Source: Anaerolineae bacterium (GTDB lineage: Bacteria; Chloroflexota; Anaerolineae; Promineifilales; Promineifilaceae). Taken from it: a stretch of 64,000 bases of DNA. The notes beneath the pieces are model-generated. The model was not told the DNA's origin. It worked only from the letters and a program-made list of their open reading frames with translations, and did no database searches. Location: contig JAUIAP010000016.1 of assembly GCA_030425205.1 (NCBI GenBank), positions 55,956 through 119,955 of the forward strand. Reading direction: 5' to 3'. Below are positions 27,092 through 36,926 of this stretch, in pieces (positions within the stretch are counted from its first letter, which is position 1; every line of letters starts with the position of its first letter). Position numbers and translations under genes: made by a program.

Positions 27092-27937
27092 TTATGGGGT
27101 GTCATCGCCAAACGCTAAAAAGTCGCGTTGCGCCCAGCCAACCGTGCCATCAACTGTCATGATCTCTTTGTAGATGACGCCGGTGTGGTTGGCGTTGCCC
27201 GATAGCAAGATGACGGTATCGCCGTCTTGCAGGAGAATGAGATTGTTGCCACCCGGTGTGCTTTTGACCCAGAGCGTGCTGCCCCCAGTGTTGACTCGTG
27301 CGGTTGGTTGATCAATCGGCGTTGGGGTCAATGTAGGGGTTGGGCTTTGGGTGGGAGTTGGTGTGTTTGTCGGCAGTGGCGTGGGCGTGCGGGTAGGTGT
27401 TGGGGTTTCTGTTGGAATTGCGGTGGCGGGGAGTGGTGTCGATGCAGGGGCATCGGCCGATATCTCAGGCTCATCATCAGCCGCAACGGCGGTATCGGCC
27501 TGTACGGGTTCAACAGAATCGACGCTCTCTTCAAATTGAGTCGCATCATCGGCCGATCCGCTGCCATCATTACCCGGCAGTGCAGCCCCCATCGCGCCCG
27601 TTACAGGCGTGCGGGAGACGACAAGACTTCCCTCAACCGTCACAACTTCTAAGGCAGCAACTTCGTCGCCGCCGTCTGCTACGGATTGCGGCTCTTCCGT
27701 TGTCGGGAGGGTCGCACCCAACGGCACGCCAGCGATATAAAAGCCAACGGTGAGCATTAAGAACGCGAACGCAATGGTTGTAAGCGCACGTACCCGTGCA
27801 TCTTTGCGATACGGTTCAATTTGAGAAGTTAGGTGTTGGCGATTTGGCGACTGCACATAAAGCGAATAGGCCACTGTGACCAATGCGCCGACAATCGAAA
27901 ATCCCATGCCTAAAATTGTCCATTGTGGAAAACCCAT
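27092..27937 (-). CDS. membrane-anchored protein with Pro/Thr-rich linker and C-terminal SH3b-like domain
   Basis: Start set at MGFPQWTILGMGFSIVGALV (27937) because longer ORF would run into lpdA promoter/CDS; two TM helices, PTPTRTPTPLPTNTPTPTQSPTPTLTPTP linker, C-terminal ..LWVKSTPGG..QDGDTVILL..VDGTVGWA.. resembles bacterial SH3. Confidence 0.5.
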   Translation of the reverse strand: MGFPQWTILGMGFSIVGALVTVAYSLYVQSPNRQHLTSQIEPYRKDARVRALTTIAFAFLMLTVGFYIAGVPLGATLPTTEEPQSVADGGDEVAALEVVTVEGSLVVSRTPVTGAMGAALPGNDGSGSADDATQFEESVDSVEPVQADTAVAADDEPEISADAPASTPLPATAIPTETPTPTRTPTPLPTNTPTPTQSPTPTLTPTPIDQPTARVNTGGSTLWVKSTPGGNNLILLQDGDTVILLSGNANHTGVIYKEIMTVDGTVGWAQRDFLAFGDDTP

Positions 27938-28104
27938 GTGAGCATTATAGCGATGGGCGTTAAATCTGTGTAATTGGGGTGAGTGGGAGGTGAGGGAAAT
28001 TCGGCCGAAAAGGTACAATCGCATGTTGAAATTTAGTGAACAGTTACCAGCAGACAGTGAATGGTTCATAAACGACGCGCTGTCAGTTGAAATGGAGTAG
28101 AAAG

Positions 28105-29499
28105 ATGGCTCAAGAATTTGATGTAGTCGTGATTGGTGCAGGCCCCGGCGGTTATGTGGCGGCGATTCGTGCAGCACAGTTGGGTTTGAAAACGGCAGTT
28201 GTGGAAAAAAAGTATTGGGGCGGTGTTTGCCTCAACATCGGCTGCATTCCAAGTAAGGCGTTGCTTTACAATGCAGAGTTGGCGAACATCTTCTCACAAC
28301 GGGCGAAAGAGTTTGGATTTTCCTATGATAACTTTTCGGCCGATTACAGTGTTGCCTTCAAACGCAGCCGCCAAACGTCCAACCGTCTCGTAAAAGGGAT
28401 CGGTCTCTTGATGCGTAAAAACAAGATTACCACCTTTGACGGTACGGCAACGTTAACGGGTAAAAACAGCGTTCAAGTCAGCCTCAACGACGGTGGTGAA
28501 GAGACGCTCAATGCCAAAAATATCATCATCTCAACGGGCGCACGCCCACGTGAGTTGCCCGGCATGGAGACAGATGGCGAGCGCGTCATCAGCTATATCC
28601 CGGCCATTATGAGCGAAAGCAATCCAGGAAAAGCGGTCATCGTGGGCGGTGGCGTGATCGGTGTTGAGTTCAGCTACATGTGGGCAAACTACGGCACAGA
28701 TGTCACCATCGTTGAGATGATGGATCGCATTCTGCCGCTGGAAGAACCGGAAGTCAGCAAGCTGCTCGCCAAAGAGTACAAGAAGATGGGCGTCAATCTC
28801 GAACTCGGCACAGTCGTCGAGAACATCGACAAGAGCGGTGAGAAAATGACGGTCACGCTCAAGAATGGCAAGGTGATCGAAGATGTCGATAAGGTGCTCG
28901 TCGCCGTCAGCTTCACGCCAAATGTCGAGAACATCGGATTAGATGCGGCAGGTGTTGAACTCAACGAACGCGGCATGGTCGGTGTCAACGACATGATGCA
29001 GACAAACGTAGACAACATCTACGCCATAGGTGACGTGACGGGTAAGTTGATGTTGGCGCATGTCGCCAGCGCGATGGGTCTCTTGGCGGCCGAGCATATC
29101 GCTGGTCATGAGGTGCAACCACTCGACCTCGACATGATGCCACGCGCCATCTACTGCCAGCCGCAAGTCGCCTCCTTCGGCTACACCGAAGCACAGGCAA
29201 AAGAGAAAGGGTATGAGATCAACGTCGGTCAATTCCCCTTTATCGCCAACGGCAAGGCACTCGGCACGGGTGACAAAGATGGTTTCGCCAAAATCATTTC
29301 GGATGCCAAGTATGGCGAAATTTTGGGCGCACACATCATCGGTCATAATGTGACAGAGCTGTTGCCTGAGCTGACGCTGGCACGCATGAATGAGTTAACG
29401 GCCGAAGAGATAGCCCGCAACGTCCACGCCCATCCAACGATGAGCGAGGCCATTATGGAAGCCGCACATGCCGTTGAAGGCGAAGCGATCCACATTTAG
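28105..29499 (+). CDS. lpdA: dihydrolipoyl dehydrogenase (E3 component)
   Basis: [31 protein letters not shown] (FAD GxGxxG), [16 protein letters not shown] (redox-active CxxxxC disulfide), NAD-binding and C-terminal HAHPT interface motif; start at ATG 28105 with GGAG RBS. Confidence 0.92.
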   Translation: MAQEFDVVVIGAGPGGYVAAIRAAQLGLKTAVVEKKYWGGVCLNIGCIPSKALLYNAELANIFSQRAKEFGFSYDNFSADYSVAFKRSRQTSNRLVKGIGLLMRKNKITTFDGTATLTGKNSVQVSLNDGGEETLNAKNIIISTGARPRELPGMETDGERVISYIPAIMSESNPGKAVIVGGGVIGVEFSYMWANYGTDVTIVEMMDRILPLEEPEVSKLLAKEYKKMGVNLELGTVVENIDKSGEKMTVTLKNGKVIEDVDKVLVAVSFTPNVENIGLDAAGVELNERGMVGVNDMMQTNVDNIYAIGDVTGKLMLAHVASAMGLLAAEHIAGHEVQPLDLDMMPRAIYCQPQVASFGYTEAQAKEKGYEINVGQFPFIANGKALGTGDKDGFAKIISDAKYGEILGAHIIGHNVTELLPELTLARMNELTAEEIARNVHAHPTMSEAIMEAAHAVEGEAIHI

Positions 29500-29595
29500 T
29501 GGCTGTTTTCGCCAAGTTGCAACGCTTTGACTAGCGGGCAACGCCCTCGAAAGATAACGACTCTTTGAGGAATGGTATGGTTGTGCGCGATGGTA

Positions 29596-29654
29596 TCGGG
29601 AAATCCAATTCCCGATACATGCCCACTCTGTGGTTCGGGAATTGGATTTCCCGA
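29596..29654. repeat. inverted pair of 20-bp palindromic motif TCGGGAAATCCAATTCCCGA / TCGGGAATTGGATTTCCCGA separated by 19 bp
   Basis: Second copy is exact reverse complement of first; each copy is itself a near-palindrome; related motif (TTTCGGGATTTGGAAATCCCGAAA) at 57739. Confidence 0.6.
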
Positions 29655-29943
29655 ACCTTTACCCCATGAATGCTCAGAGAGCCAAGATAACTTGCCGACT
29701 TGGCAACAGAACGGTTGACAGCAAAAAATGAACAGACTGTCAACCGTTCCCACTTTTACTCCTCCGTTTGCCTTGCAGCGGGGGAGTTTGTTATTATGGC
29801 ACTCACACATTGAGTGGCAGTGACGTATCGCAATGCGACATAGGCAGCAATCCTGTGTCGCTAAGAAACATTTGCGAAGATTGACAGCGCCCCCAGCGAT
29901 TAATAAATCGGCCGTTCCCGCAGCGGGTTATTCACGCAACCGC

Positions 29944-31242
29944 ATGCCCTACGTGGTCACATTTTTTGTGATCGGTAGTTATCTGCTCGGTCGCAACTTT
30001 TTGGCAAATCCCGCAATCACAACCCCCGTCGCCATCGGACAAACGCTCGCCATCATGCTGGTAGCGTCATTGGCGATGCTATTCTCACGTACCCTGTTGT
30101 TTCTCATTGGGTTGGCGATGCTGGGGGCATTGCTGAATGGGCAGAGCGGTTTTGCGCTGGGTAGCTTGGGAGCGGTGTTGTGGCTGCTGGGTGGCAGCGT
30201 CGCCTTTTTGGTGACGTTGAGCTACTATGCCCGCTTTATTGCGCCTCCCCTCAACAGCGATCAAAACAGAACGACGTGGCTGGGATTCTTGTTGCTCATT
30301 CAACATGCGTTGCGCGAGTGGTATATCGAACTTCGGCCGATTCGCCATGTCCCCCCAAACGTCCCACAGAGCTTTAATGCGGTAAAGGCGGGTGAAATTC
30401 CCACCCATCAGGCGTATGCCATCTATCAAGGGCAGAATTTTCATGCGGCGGCTGGGCCGGGCTACACGATGTTGCAACGCAAAGACCGAATTCAGGCAAT
30501 CGTTGATGTCCGAACGCAAAGCCGCGCCGAAAAGTTCAGCGCAACAACCCGCGACGGCATCCCTATCGAAACAACGGTGCGGGTCAATTTTCACGTCTTC
30601 CGCAGCCAACAGGAGGCGGAGGCCGCTAGCGGCGCGGTGCCGGTCGAACCAAGCGATGAAGAAGATCGACGTGCCTTCCCTTATTGGTCTGTAGCAATCG
30701 GAAAAGTGCAGTATGGTATTGCCGTGCAGCAATTGCACAAAGAGGTGACCGTTCACCCATTTACACAGGTGTTGCCACGTGCGATCATCTATGCGACGGA
30801 GCTGTTTTCTGAGAAAAAGCTGGATGATCTGCTCGACTTAGATGTTGAAACACCTGCGCTCACCATCATTACGGAACAGATTCATCTGCGCCTACAAGCC
30901 TACTTCGTGGAGCGGGGCTTGAAAATTGCGTCGGTCACGTTGCTGCCCTTAATTCTGCCCGATAAGGTGCAGGAGGCGCGGCTCAATGCGTGGCGCGGCA
31001 GTTGGAAGCGTCCCCTCGATGAGCGGGGTCTTGGCACGGGCATTCGGCCGCTTTCACCAGAAATGGCGGCTGACCAAATAGAGGTGATCCAAGAGTTGAT
31101 GAACAATCTCGAAACGCTCAACGAGATGGGCGAGAATTTACCGATGCGCGACGAGATCATGGCGCGTGTGCGGGCGGTCATCACAGACGCGGCAACCGAG
31201 GGGTTGATCGAATCTCTGTTGCCCCCCGCCAAGAAGAAATAA
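29944..31242 (+). CDS. SPFH/band-7 (flotillin/stomatin-like) domain membrane protein
   Basis: 4 N-terminal TM helices, then SPFH-like region (..YTMLQRKDRIQAIVDVRTQSRAEKFSATTRDGIPIETTVRVNFHVF..), coiled-coil C-terminus. Start chosen at MPYVV (29944); stop overlaps next start (TAATG). Confidence 0.5.
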   Translation: MPYVVTFFVIGSYLLGRNFLANPAITTPVAIGQTLAIMLVASLAMLFSRTLLFLIGLAMLGALLNGQSGFALGSLGAVLWLLGGSVAFLVTLSYYARFIAPPLNSDQNRTTWLGFLLLIQHALREWYIELRPIRHVPPNVPQSFNAVKAGEIPTHQAYAIYQGQNFHAAAGPGYTMLQRKDRIQAIVDVRTQSRAEKFSATTRDGIPIETTVRVNFHVFRSQQEAEAASGAVPVEPSDEEDRRAFPYWSVAIGKVQYGIAVQQLHKEVTVHPFTQVLPRAIIYATELFSEKKLDDLLDLDVETPALTIITEQIHLRLQAYFVERGLKIASVTLLPLILPDKVQEARLNAWRGSWKRPLDERGLGTGIRPLSPEMAADQIEVIQELMNNLETLNEMGENLPMRDEIMARVRAVITDAATEGLIESLLPPAKKK

Positions 31243-32759
31243 TGCGCGAGCGAACGATTTTTCGGCCGAAATCAATTCGCGGCATCACGCTGGCACTGTT
31301 GGTGGTTGCATTGCTGCTCTACTGGCTGGCTGCGCGTGCCGTGCAGGGGATCAACCTCAGCCTCAATCCACCCCAATGGCTCGATACCGTTCGCAACGCC
31401 TTCCCCCTTTTCGACACATTTTTTCCCGTTATCTATTTCGTTTCTGAGCTGTTGCATTGGTCTGTCATTCGCCACTTCATTCCGCTTGCGATTGGGGTGA
31501 GATTGGCCCACAACATCGCGCTCGATCTCGTCCATCAGCTCTATGATCTCCCTGATCGCAAAGATGCGCGTCATCTCCTGAGCCGTTTACACGGTCGGAT
31601 GCCTCCGTTTCAAAAACCACTGGCTATCAATAGACTCAAGTTTTCCGAACAGCGCGTCGAAGAAGAGTTGTTACGTGTCGGTGGTCCGGGACTCGTCACC
31701 CTGTCAGAAAGTGATGCCGCAGTGACCGAAATAAACGGCCGATTTGAGCGCGTCATACCGCCTGGTCGACAGAAACTACGCCGTTTTGAGAAGATCGTCG
31801 CCGTGATCGATCTGCGCGAACAGGAGCGATTTGAGCGTAACGTCACGCTCGTCACAAAAGAGGGATTAGAGCTGACAACCGATGTGTATGTCAACTTTCG
31901 TATCCAAGGGCGTTCTGAACATGCAGGACGTATCGGATACTCCGTGAACGACGAAGCGGTGCGCAAGGCGGCCTATAACACGACCAACTCTGAATTTGGG
32001 GCATCTCGCTGGGACAACGCACCACTGCCCATCGCGTCGGGCGTGTTGCGCGGCATCGTTGGGAGAATGAAGTTGCAAGATTTGATCGATCCCAATCTGG
32101 CATTGGAAGGTGCGCCCCAACCCGGCGTACAGCGCGATATGGAACGCACGTTGCGGGGTATCCTGCGCAGCATGGGGATTGAGCTGCTCGACGCACGCAT
32201 CACGGCATTCAAAATGGGTGACGTAATGCGCGATACGTTGGTCGATTATTATAAGGGCTTTACACGCCATAGCAATCTGAGCCCGCACGATCCCAATGCG
32301 GATAGTACGACCGCACGGCGCAAGCGGATGCGCGATAAGATGATCAACAGCATCGCAGCGGGGATGGAGAACCTGCGTGAAGATCGCACCGTGATGCCGC
32401 GTACAACGATGCGCCATCTCTCCCAACGTGAGACACTGGGGCAGAACAATCAACTGACGATGGTGCAGATGATGGGCCTGATGCAGCAGATGTTGCAACA
32501 GCTTCCACAATCCAAATGGGCGAACGATCCATCTCTCATGTCCGAACTCACCCAGCGGTTTAGCGTGTTACAAGACAAAGTTGATGAGCCAAAACGACTC
32601 GACTCTCCGCACTTGCAGATCACGAAAAACGAGGATAACACGTCTCCCGCGCATGAAACGGTTTTCGACGAATCTTTGTCACTCGATGATGAAGTACAGC
32701 GGTTACGTGCGGAAAATCAGCGTCTACGCGATGAATTGGATTCGCTAAACGAGTTTTAA
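31242..32759 (+). CDS. SPFH/band-7 (flotillin-like) domain protein with C-terminal coiled coil
   Basis: N-terminal TM, SPFH core ..GPGLVTLSESDAAVTEINGRFERVIPPGRQKLRRFEKIVAVIDLREQERFERNVTLVTKEGLELTTDVYVNFRI.., C-terminal heptad region (..EVQRLRAENQRLRDELDSLNEF). Confidence 0.55.
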   Translation: MRERTIFRPKSIRGITLALLVVALLLYWLAARAVQGINLSLNPPQWLDTVRNAFPLFDTFFPVIYFVSELLHWSVIRHFIPLAIGVRLAHNIALDLVHQLYDLPDRKDARHLLSRLHGRMPPFQKPLAINRLKFSEQRVEEELLRVGGPGLVTLSESDAAVTEINGRFERVIPPGRQKLRRFEKIVAVIDLREQERFERNVTLVTKEGLELTTDVYVNFRIQGRSEHAGRIGYSVNDEAVRKAAYNTTNSEFGASRWDNAPLPIASGVLRGIVGRMKLQDLIDPNLALEGAPQPGVQRDMERTLRGILRSMGIELLDARITAFKMGDVMRDTLVDYYKGFTRHSNLSPHDPNADSTTARRKRMRDKMINSIAAGMENLREDRTVMPRTTMRHLSQRETLGQNNQLTMVQMMGLMQQMLQQLPQSKWANDPSLMSELTQRFSVLQDKVDEPKRLDSPHLQITKNEDNTSPAHETVFDESLSLDDEVQRLRAENQRLRDELDSLNEF

Positions 32760-32761
32760 CT

Positions 32762-33691
32762 ATGGATGAACATGTGCTTGTCATCGGGGCGATGCTGCTC
32801 GACACAAAGGGAACCCCAACACAGGGCTTGGAGCCAAACGTCTCAAATTCGGCCGAAATTCGCAACGCACGTGGCGGAACTGCCCGTAATGTCGCTGAAA
32901 ATCTCGCGCTGCTCGGCACAGAAGTCTGCCTCATTTCGGCGGTTGGCGATGACATCAGTGGTCGTCGTCTGCTCGCGCAAACGGCTGCCGCCAACGTCAA
33001 CACCGAACACGTGCGCGTCATCCCAAATGCCAACACAGGCTCCTATCTCGCCATTCTCGCACCCGATGGCACGCTCTCCGTCGCCCTGACAGATACTCGT
33101 GTGATGGAACACGTCACGCCCGACTATCTCTATCGCAACCGCCAGCTTTTCCGCAATGCCTCACTGATCTTCTTTGATGGCAGCCTGCACGAACACGCCA
33201 TCGCCGTCATTCTCTATCTGGCCGAACTCTATGGCGTGCCTGTTTGCGCCGACCCATCTTCTCGACGACTTGTGCATAAGCTCAAGCCACATCTCGCCCA
33301 TTTTGCGCTGGCTGTGCCGAGTGAAGGGGAAGCGGCCGAGCTATGTGGGAATCAATTCGAAGGGTATAACGTCGAAACGAGTTTGGAAATGGCGCAAAAA
33401 CTCAACAAGTTAGGCGTTCGCATTGCCGTGGTCACGCTCTCGGATTTTGGATTTGTCTATGCGAGCGAGTGGGAGAGCGGCCATTTTCCCGCCAAAAACA
33501 GCACAATTGTCGATTCAACAGGCACGGGGGATGCGATTGCGGCGGCGATTATGTATGGATTTTTGGAGCAGTTGCCGCTGACGGAGTGTATGCGTTTGGG
33601 GGCGGCGGCGGCGGGGTTGACGCTGCAATCGGCCGAATCGGTCGTCCCCAACCTGACGCTTGATCTGCTGTACGACTATCTTTACGTTTAA
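32762..33691 (+). CDS. PfkB-family carbohydrate/nucleoside kinase (ribokinase-like)
   Basis: N-terminal GG dipeptide region (..NARGGTARNVAENLALLG..), C-terminal DSTGTGDAIAAAIMYGF (PfkB anion-hole / catalytic Asp motif). Confidence 0.8.
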   Translation: MDEHVLVIGAMLLDTKGTPTQGLEPNVSNSAEIRNARGGTARNVAENLALLGTEVCLISAVGDDISGRRLLAQTAAANVNTEHVRVIPNANTGSYLAILAPDGTLSVALTDTRVMEHVTPDYLYRNRQLFRNASLIFFDGSLHEHAIAVILYLAELYGVPVCADPSSRRLVHKLKPHLAHFALAVPSEGEAAELCGNQFEGYNVETSLEMAQKLNKLGVRIAVVTLSDFGFVYASEWESGHFPAKNSTIVDSTGTGDAIAAAIMYGFLEQLPLTECMRLGAAAAGLTLQSAESVVPNLTLDLLYDYLYV

Positions 33692-33720
33692 GAATCTTCA
33701 CCCTTAGGGGGTGTGGCTAC

Positions 33721-35058
33721 TTACGGAACAGCCTCCAACGTTCGTCCTCCCTCTAAACCCGTCAGCGCATTCAAAAACGCCAGCAAATCATTAAACTCTG
33801 CGCCCGTCAGCGAAGGCGGATTCGCGGCATAGTCGCTCAGCGTGCGCGCCATCAGGCGATAGGTGTAGCTGTCCGTATTGAGCGTATTGGCAAGGCCGTT
33901 GGGGAGATGGCTGGGGTCATAGCTGTTGAGCATATCCTGTGCATCGAGGTGATGGCGCACAGCTTCGGTGAGCGTTGGATAGGTTCCATTGTGCATGTAG
34001 GGCGCGGTCATGGCCACATTGCGCAAGGGGGGCGTGCGGAAGCGGAAGTAGTCACGGGGATCTTCGGTGATGTTATATCGGCCGAAATTGACCTCCTCAC
34101 CAATCTGCGGCACGGCAATGTTATGGAACGCACCATCGCTAAACGACGCGCCCGCATGACAGGATGCACAGCCGGCATCGCCAAAAAAGAGCAGCGCACC
34201 CCGTTTTTCCGCATCGGAGAGCGCGTCCCGCTCGCCAGCCACAAAGCGATCCCAATCTGAGTTGACGGTGGCAAAGGACGCAACTTGATAGGCCGCCAGC
34301 GCGTTGCCGATATGTGCGGCAGAAATGGCTGGATCGGCGGGATAGGCGGCGGCGAACTGTTCTTGATAGGTCGGCATGGCCGCCAGCCGGGTGACGATGC
34401 CCGCCCAGATTGCTGTGTAATCACTGTCGTCAATTGGGGCAAGTTCGCTGTTGTTGCCACGCATCACATTGCGTTCCGCGAGGTGAATCAGCGCTTGCGC
34501 GGCGAGCAGATTGTCGATTGTCGTGGGGAGTTGCCCATTGGCGGAGGTGCTGAAACCGTCGGTAAATGAGATTGCGCCGTCCCAGTGCAGGGTTTCGGCC
34601 GAATCTAACCCAAACAGCGGCGGCACATTGACATCAAGATACCCATTTGTGCCAATCGCCAACGGCGTGCTATCCGTCGTGTTAAGCAGCGGATGGTGGC
34701 ATGTGGCACAGGACAAGTTGCGATTTCCGCTTAGCTCAGTTTCAAAAAAGAGTGACCTGCCCAGTCTGATCTCGGCTTCATTGGGCGTGGTGGGGGACAC
34801 GAGCGGCGCAATCCCCTCTTCATCCAAGATCCCATAGAGGGCGGCGGTCAGCTCTGTTGACGGGGTGCGTGGAACGGTCAGCGTTTGTAAGCGACTTGGC
34901 ACGCCATGCGTTGCGATTAGAAGACCAGCGATGAACAAGACGAAAAATCCCGCGATGATGATGAGTAGGCCGACGCGCTGCAAAAAGTCGAGGGTGCGAA
35001 ACAGTTTGACGCGCGTCTGGGGTTCAAGACGGCGGGATGGTTGGGCAGATAGACTCAT
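33721..35058 (-). CDS. di-heme cytochrome c peroxidase (CCP/MauG family)
   Basis: Two CxxCH heme-binding motifs (CATCHHP, CASCHAG), N-terminal TM anchor; conserved ..FFGDAGCASCHAG..F(H)N.. typical of bacterial CCP. Confidence 0.8.
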   Translation of the reverse strand: MSLSAQPSRRLEPQTRVKLFRTLDFLQRVGLLIIIAGFFVLFIAGLLIATHGVPSRLQTLTVPRTPSTELTAALYGILDEEGIAPLVSPTTPNEAEIRLGRSLFFETELSGNRNLSCATCHHPLLNTTDSTPLAIGTNGYLDVNVPPLFGLDSAETLHWDGAISFTDGFSTSANGQLPTTIDNLLAAQALIHLAERNVMRGNNSELAPIDDSDYTAIWAGIVTRLAAMPTYQEQFAAAYPADPAISAAHIGNALAAYQVASFATVNSDWDRFVAGERDALSDAEKRGALLFFGDAGCASCHAGASFSDGAFHNIAVPQIGEEVNFGRYNITEDPRDYFRFRTPPLRNVAMTAPYMHNGTYPTLTEAVRHHLDAQDMLNSYDPSHLPNGLANTLNTDSYTYRLMARTLSDYAANPPSLTGAEFNDLLAFLNALTGLEGGRTLEAVP

Positions 35059-35244
35059 ACAGTAAACCTCTAGTACTACGGTACTAATACAACAGCTAAA
35101 GGCTAGGTGTGCAATCTTGCGGCCTTTCTTACGATGGCGTGAATAGTACAGGGGGAAACAGAAGCTGAGCGATGCGATTGTTATAATAAGCGCGGAAAGA
35201 GAATTTCTATTTGCAGTACGAACAATTTATTTCGGAGGTTTTGT

Positions 35245-36882
35245 ATGACCGACTCTGTACAGGTGCGTGGTGAACCGCTGCGTTCGGCCGAATTGCCCGC
35301 AACCCTGCCGCATGATGCACCATTAACCCGCCGCATGGCTCCCCCGCCCATCCCCATTATCGCCCTCAATCGTATGGCGTATGGCATCACCGAAGCTGAC
35401 CTTGCCCACTTCAACAGCTTGGGCAATAGTGATGAAGAACGGCTTGCCGCCTATGTCGATGAACAACTCGACCCGGCCAACATCGATGACAGCGATTACG
35501 AAAATCGTCTCGTCAACACCAATTGGATCACCCACAACTTAACGACCGAGCAACTTTGGATCGACTATCGGCGCGACTTTGCGGGGGAAACCAATTCAGC
35601 ATTGCCGCTCGATGAGCTACGACGGTTGGCACTGCTCCGTGCTGTTTACAGCAAACGCCAACTGCAAGCGGTCATGGTCGATTTCTGGCACAACCATTTT
35701 AACGTGCATGGCCCACAATTTATTATTCGTTCGATGATTATGGCGTATGACCGCGACGTGATGGTTCCCAATGCGTTTGGCAACTTCCGCACATTTCTTG
35801 AGGCGGTCGGCACAAATGTGTCAATGCTTTACTATCTCGACAACTACACCAATTCATCAGGTGGCCCCAATGAAAATTACGCTCGCGAGCTGTTTGAGCT
35901 ACATGGATTGGGTGAAGAAAACTATCTCGGCGCAGGCATTCGCCAACATGAGGTGGCCGGTTATCCCGACAACCCCGTTGGTTATGTCGATGATGATGTC
36001 TACGAGGCGACCCGCTGCTTTACAGGCTGGACGCTCAGCAACAGCACGAATAATCCGACAATTGGCGATACGGGTGAATTTTACTATCGTGACGATTGGC
36101 ATGATCGTTTCCAAAAGCAGGTGTTGGGTGAGTATATTCCTGCCAATCAAGCACCGCTGGCAGACGGCAAAAAGGTTTACGATTTGCTCGCCGGCCATCC
36201 GGGAACGGCGCGCTATATCTGTCGCAAGTTGTGTCGGCGGTTCATTTCGGATGATCCTGACGAGAGTTTGGTGCAGGCGGCGGCCGATGTTTTTCTGGCG
36301 CAAAAGGATGCCCCCGACCAGATTGCACAGGTGTTGCGCTATATTTTGAATTCGGCCGAATTTCGCACCACCTTCGGCACAAAGGTTAAGCGTCCATTTG
36401 AAGGCTTGGCCGCCCAACTGCGTGCGACCAATGCCAACATCAATCTCGACATTGGCGATAGCGACGGCAACACCATCATCTATCGCCTTGACGATGCGGG
36501 ACATCAACTGTTCGATTGGCCTGCTCCCAATGGCTACCCCGATGTGGCAGGCTATTGGCTCAACACGACTTCGATCTACAAACGCTGGCGGCTGTTCAAC
36601 TGGTTGATGAGTGACCGCGATCAAGACGACAACTTCCACATGGACATCGTTGGGGAAACACCCACAGATTCCACGAGTGCGGAAGGGTTGACCGATTATT
36701 GGATCGGCCGAATTTTTGGCTACACGCTCCCAGATGCGGAGCGTCAAGAGTTCATCGACTTCATGGCGGCTGGCTACAACCCAACCTACAACCTGCCCAT
36801 CGCTACAAACGAAGAAACGGCCGAACGGCTACGCGCCCTCGTTGGTCTCATGTTTATGTCGCCGAGCTTTCTATTGCGCTAA
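35245..36882 (+). CDS. DUF1800 domain protein
   Basis: Conserved DUF1800 blocks (..RAVYSKRQLQAVMVDFWHNHFNV.., ..YLDNYTNSSGGPNENYARELFELHGLG..); forms the usual pair with following DUF1501 gene. Confidence 0.7.
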   Translation: MTDSVQVRGEPLRSAELPATLPHDAPLTRRMAPPPIPIIALNRMAYGITEADLAHFNSLGNSDEERLAAYVDEQLDPANIDDSDYENRLVNTNWITHNLTTEQLWIDYRRDFAGETNSALPLDELRRLALLRAVYSKRQLQAVMVDFWHNHFNVHGPQFIIRSMIMAYDRDVMVPNAFGNFRTFLEAVGTNVSMLYYLDNYTNSSGGPNENYARELFELHGLGEENYLGAGIRQHEVAGYPDNPVGYVDDDVYEATRCFTGWTLSNSTNNPTIGDTGEFYYRDDWHDRFQKQVLGEYIPANQAPLADGKKVYDLLAGHPGTARYICRKLCRRFISDDPDESLVQAAADVFLAQKDAPDQIAQVLRYILNSAEFRTTFGTKVKRPFEGLAAQLRATNANINLDIGDSDGNTIIYRLDDAGHQLFDWPAPNGYPDVAGYWLNTTSIYKRWRLFNWLMSDRDQDDNFHMDIVGETPTDSTSAEGLTDYWIGRIFGYTLPDAERQEFIDFMAAGYNPTYNLPIATNEETAERLRALVGLMFMSPSFLLR

Positions 36883-36926
36883 ATCGGATCGAGGTTCCAA
36901 ATTGAAACCTCGTTTGTGGAGAACTC

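Noticed and set aside
27300-27480. Repetitive DNA (ggtgttgg/ggcgtggg units) that looks like a tandem repeat locus
   Set aside because: It simply encodes the Pro/Thr-rich linker of the SH3b protein on the minus strand; low-complexity coding sequence rather than an independent repeat element.
27938-28177. N-terminal extension of the SH3b membrane protein ORF (start at 28177)
   Set aside because: Would overlap the lpdA start codon, RBS and promoter on the opposite strand; hydrophobic anchor begins right after the internal Met at 27937.
33692-33720. CACCCTTAGGGGGTG hairpin between convergent PfkB and CCP genes as a terminator
   Set aside because: Short stem without flanking T/A runs; too weak to call.
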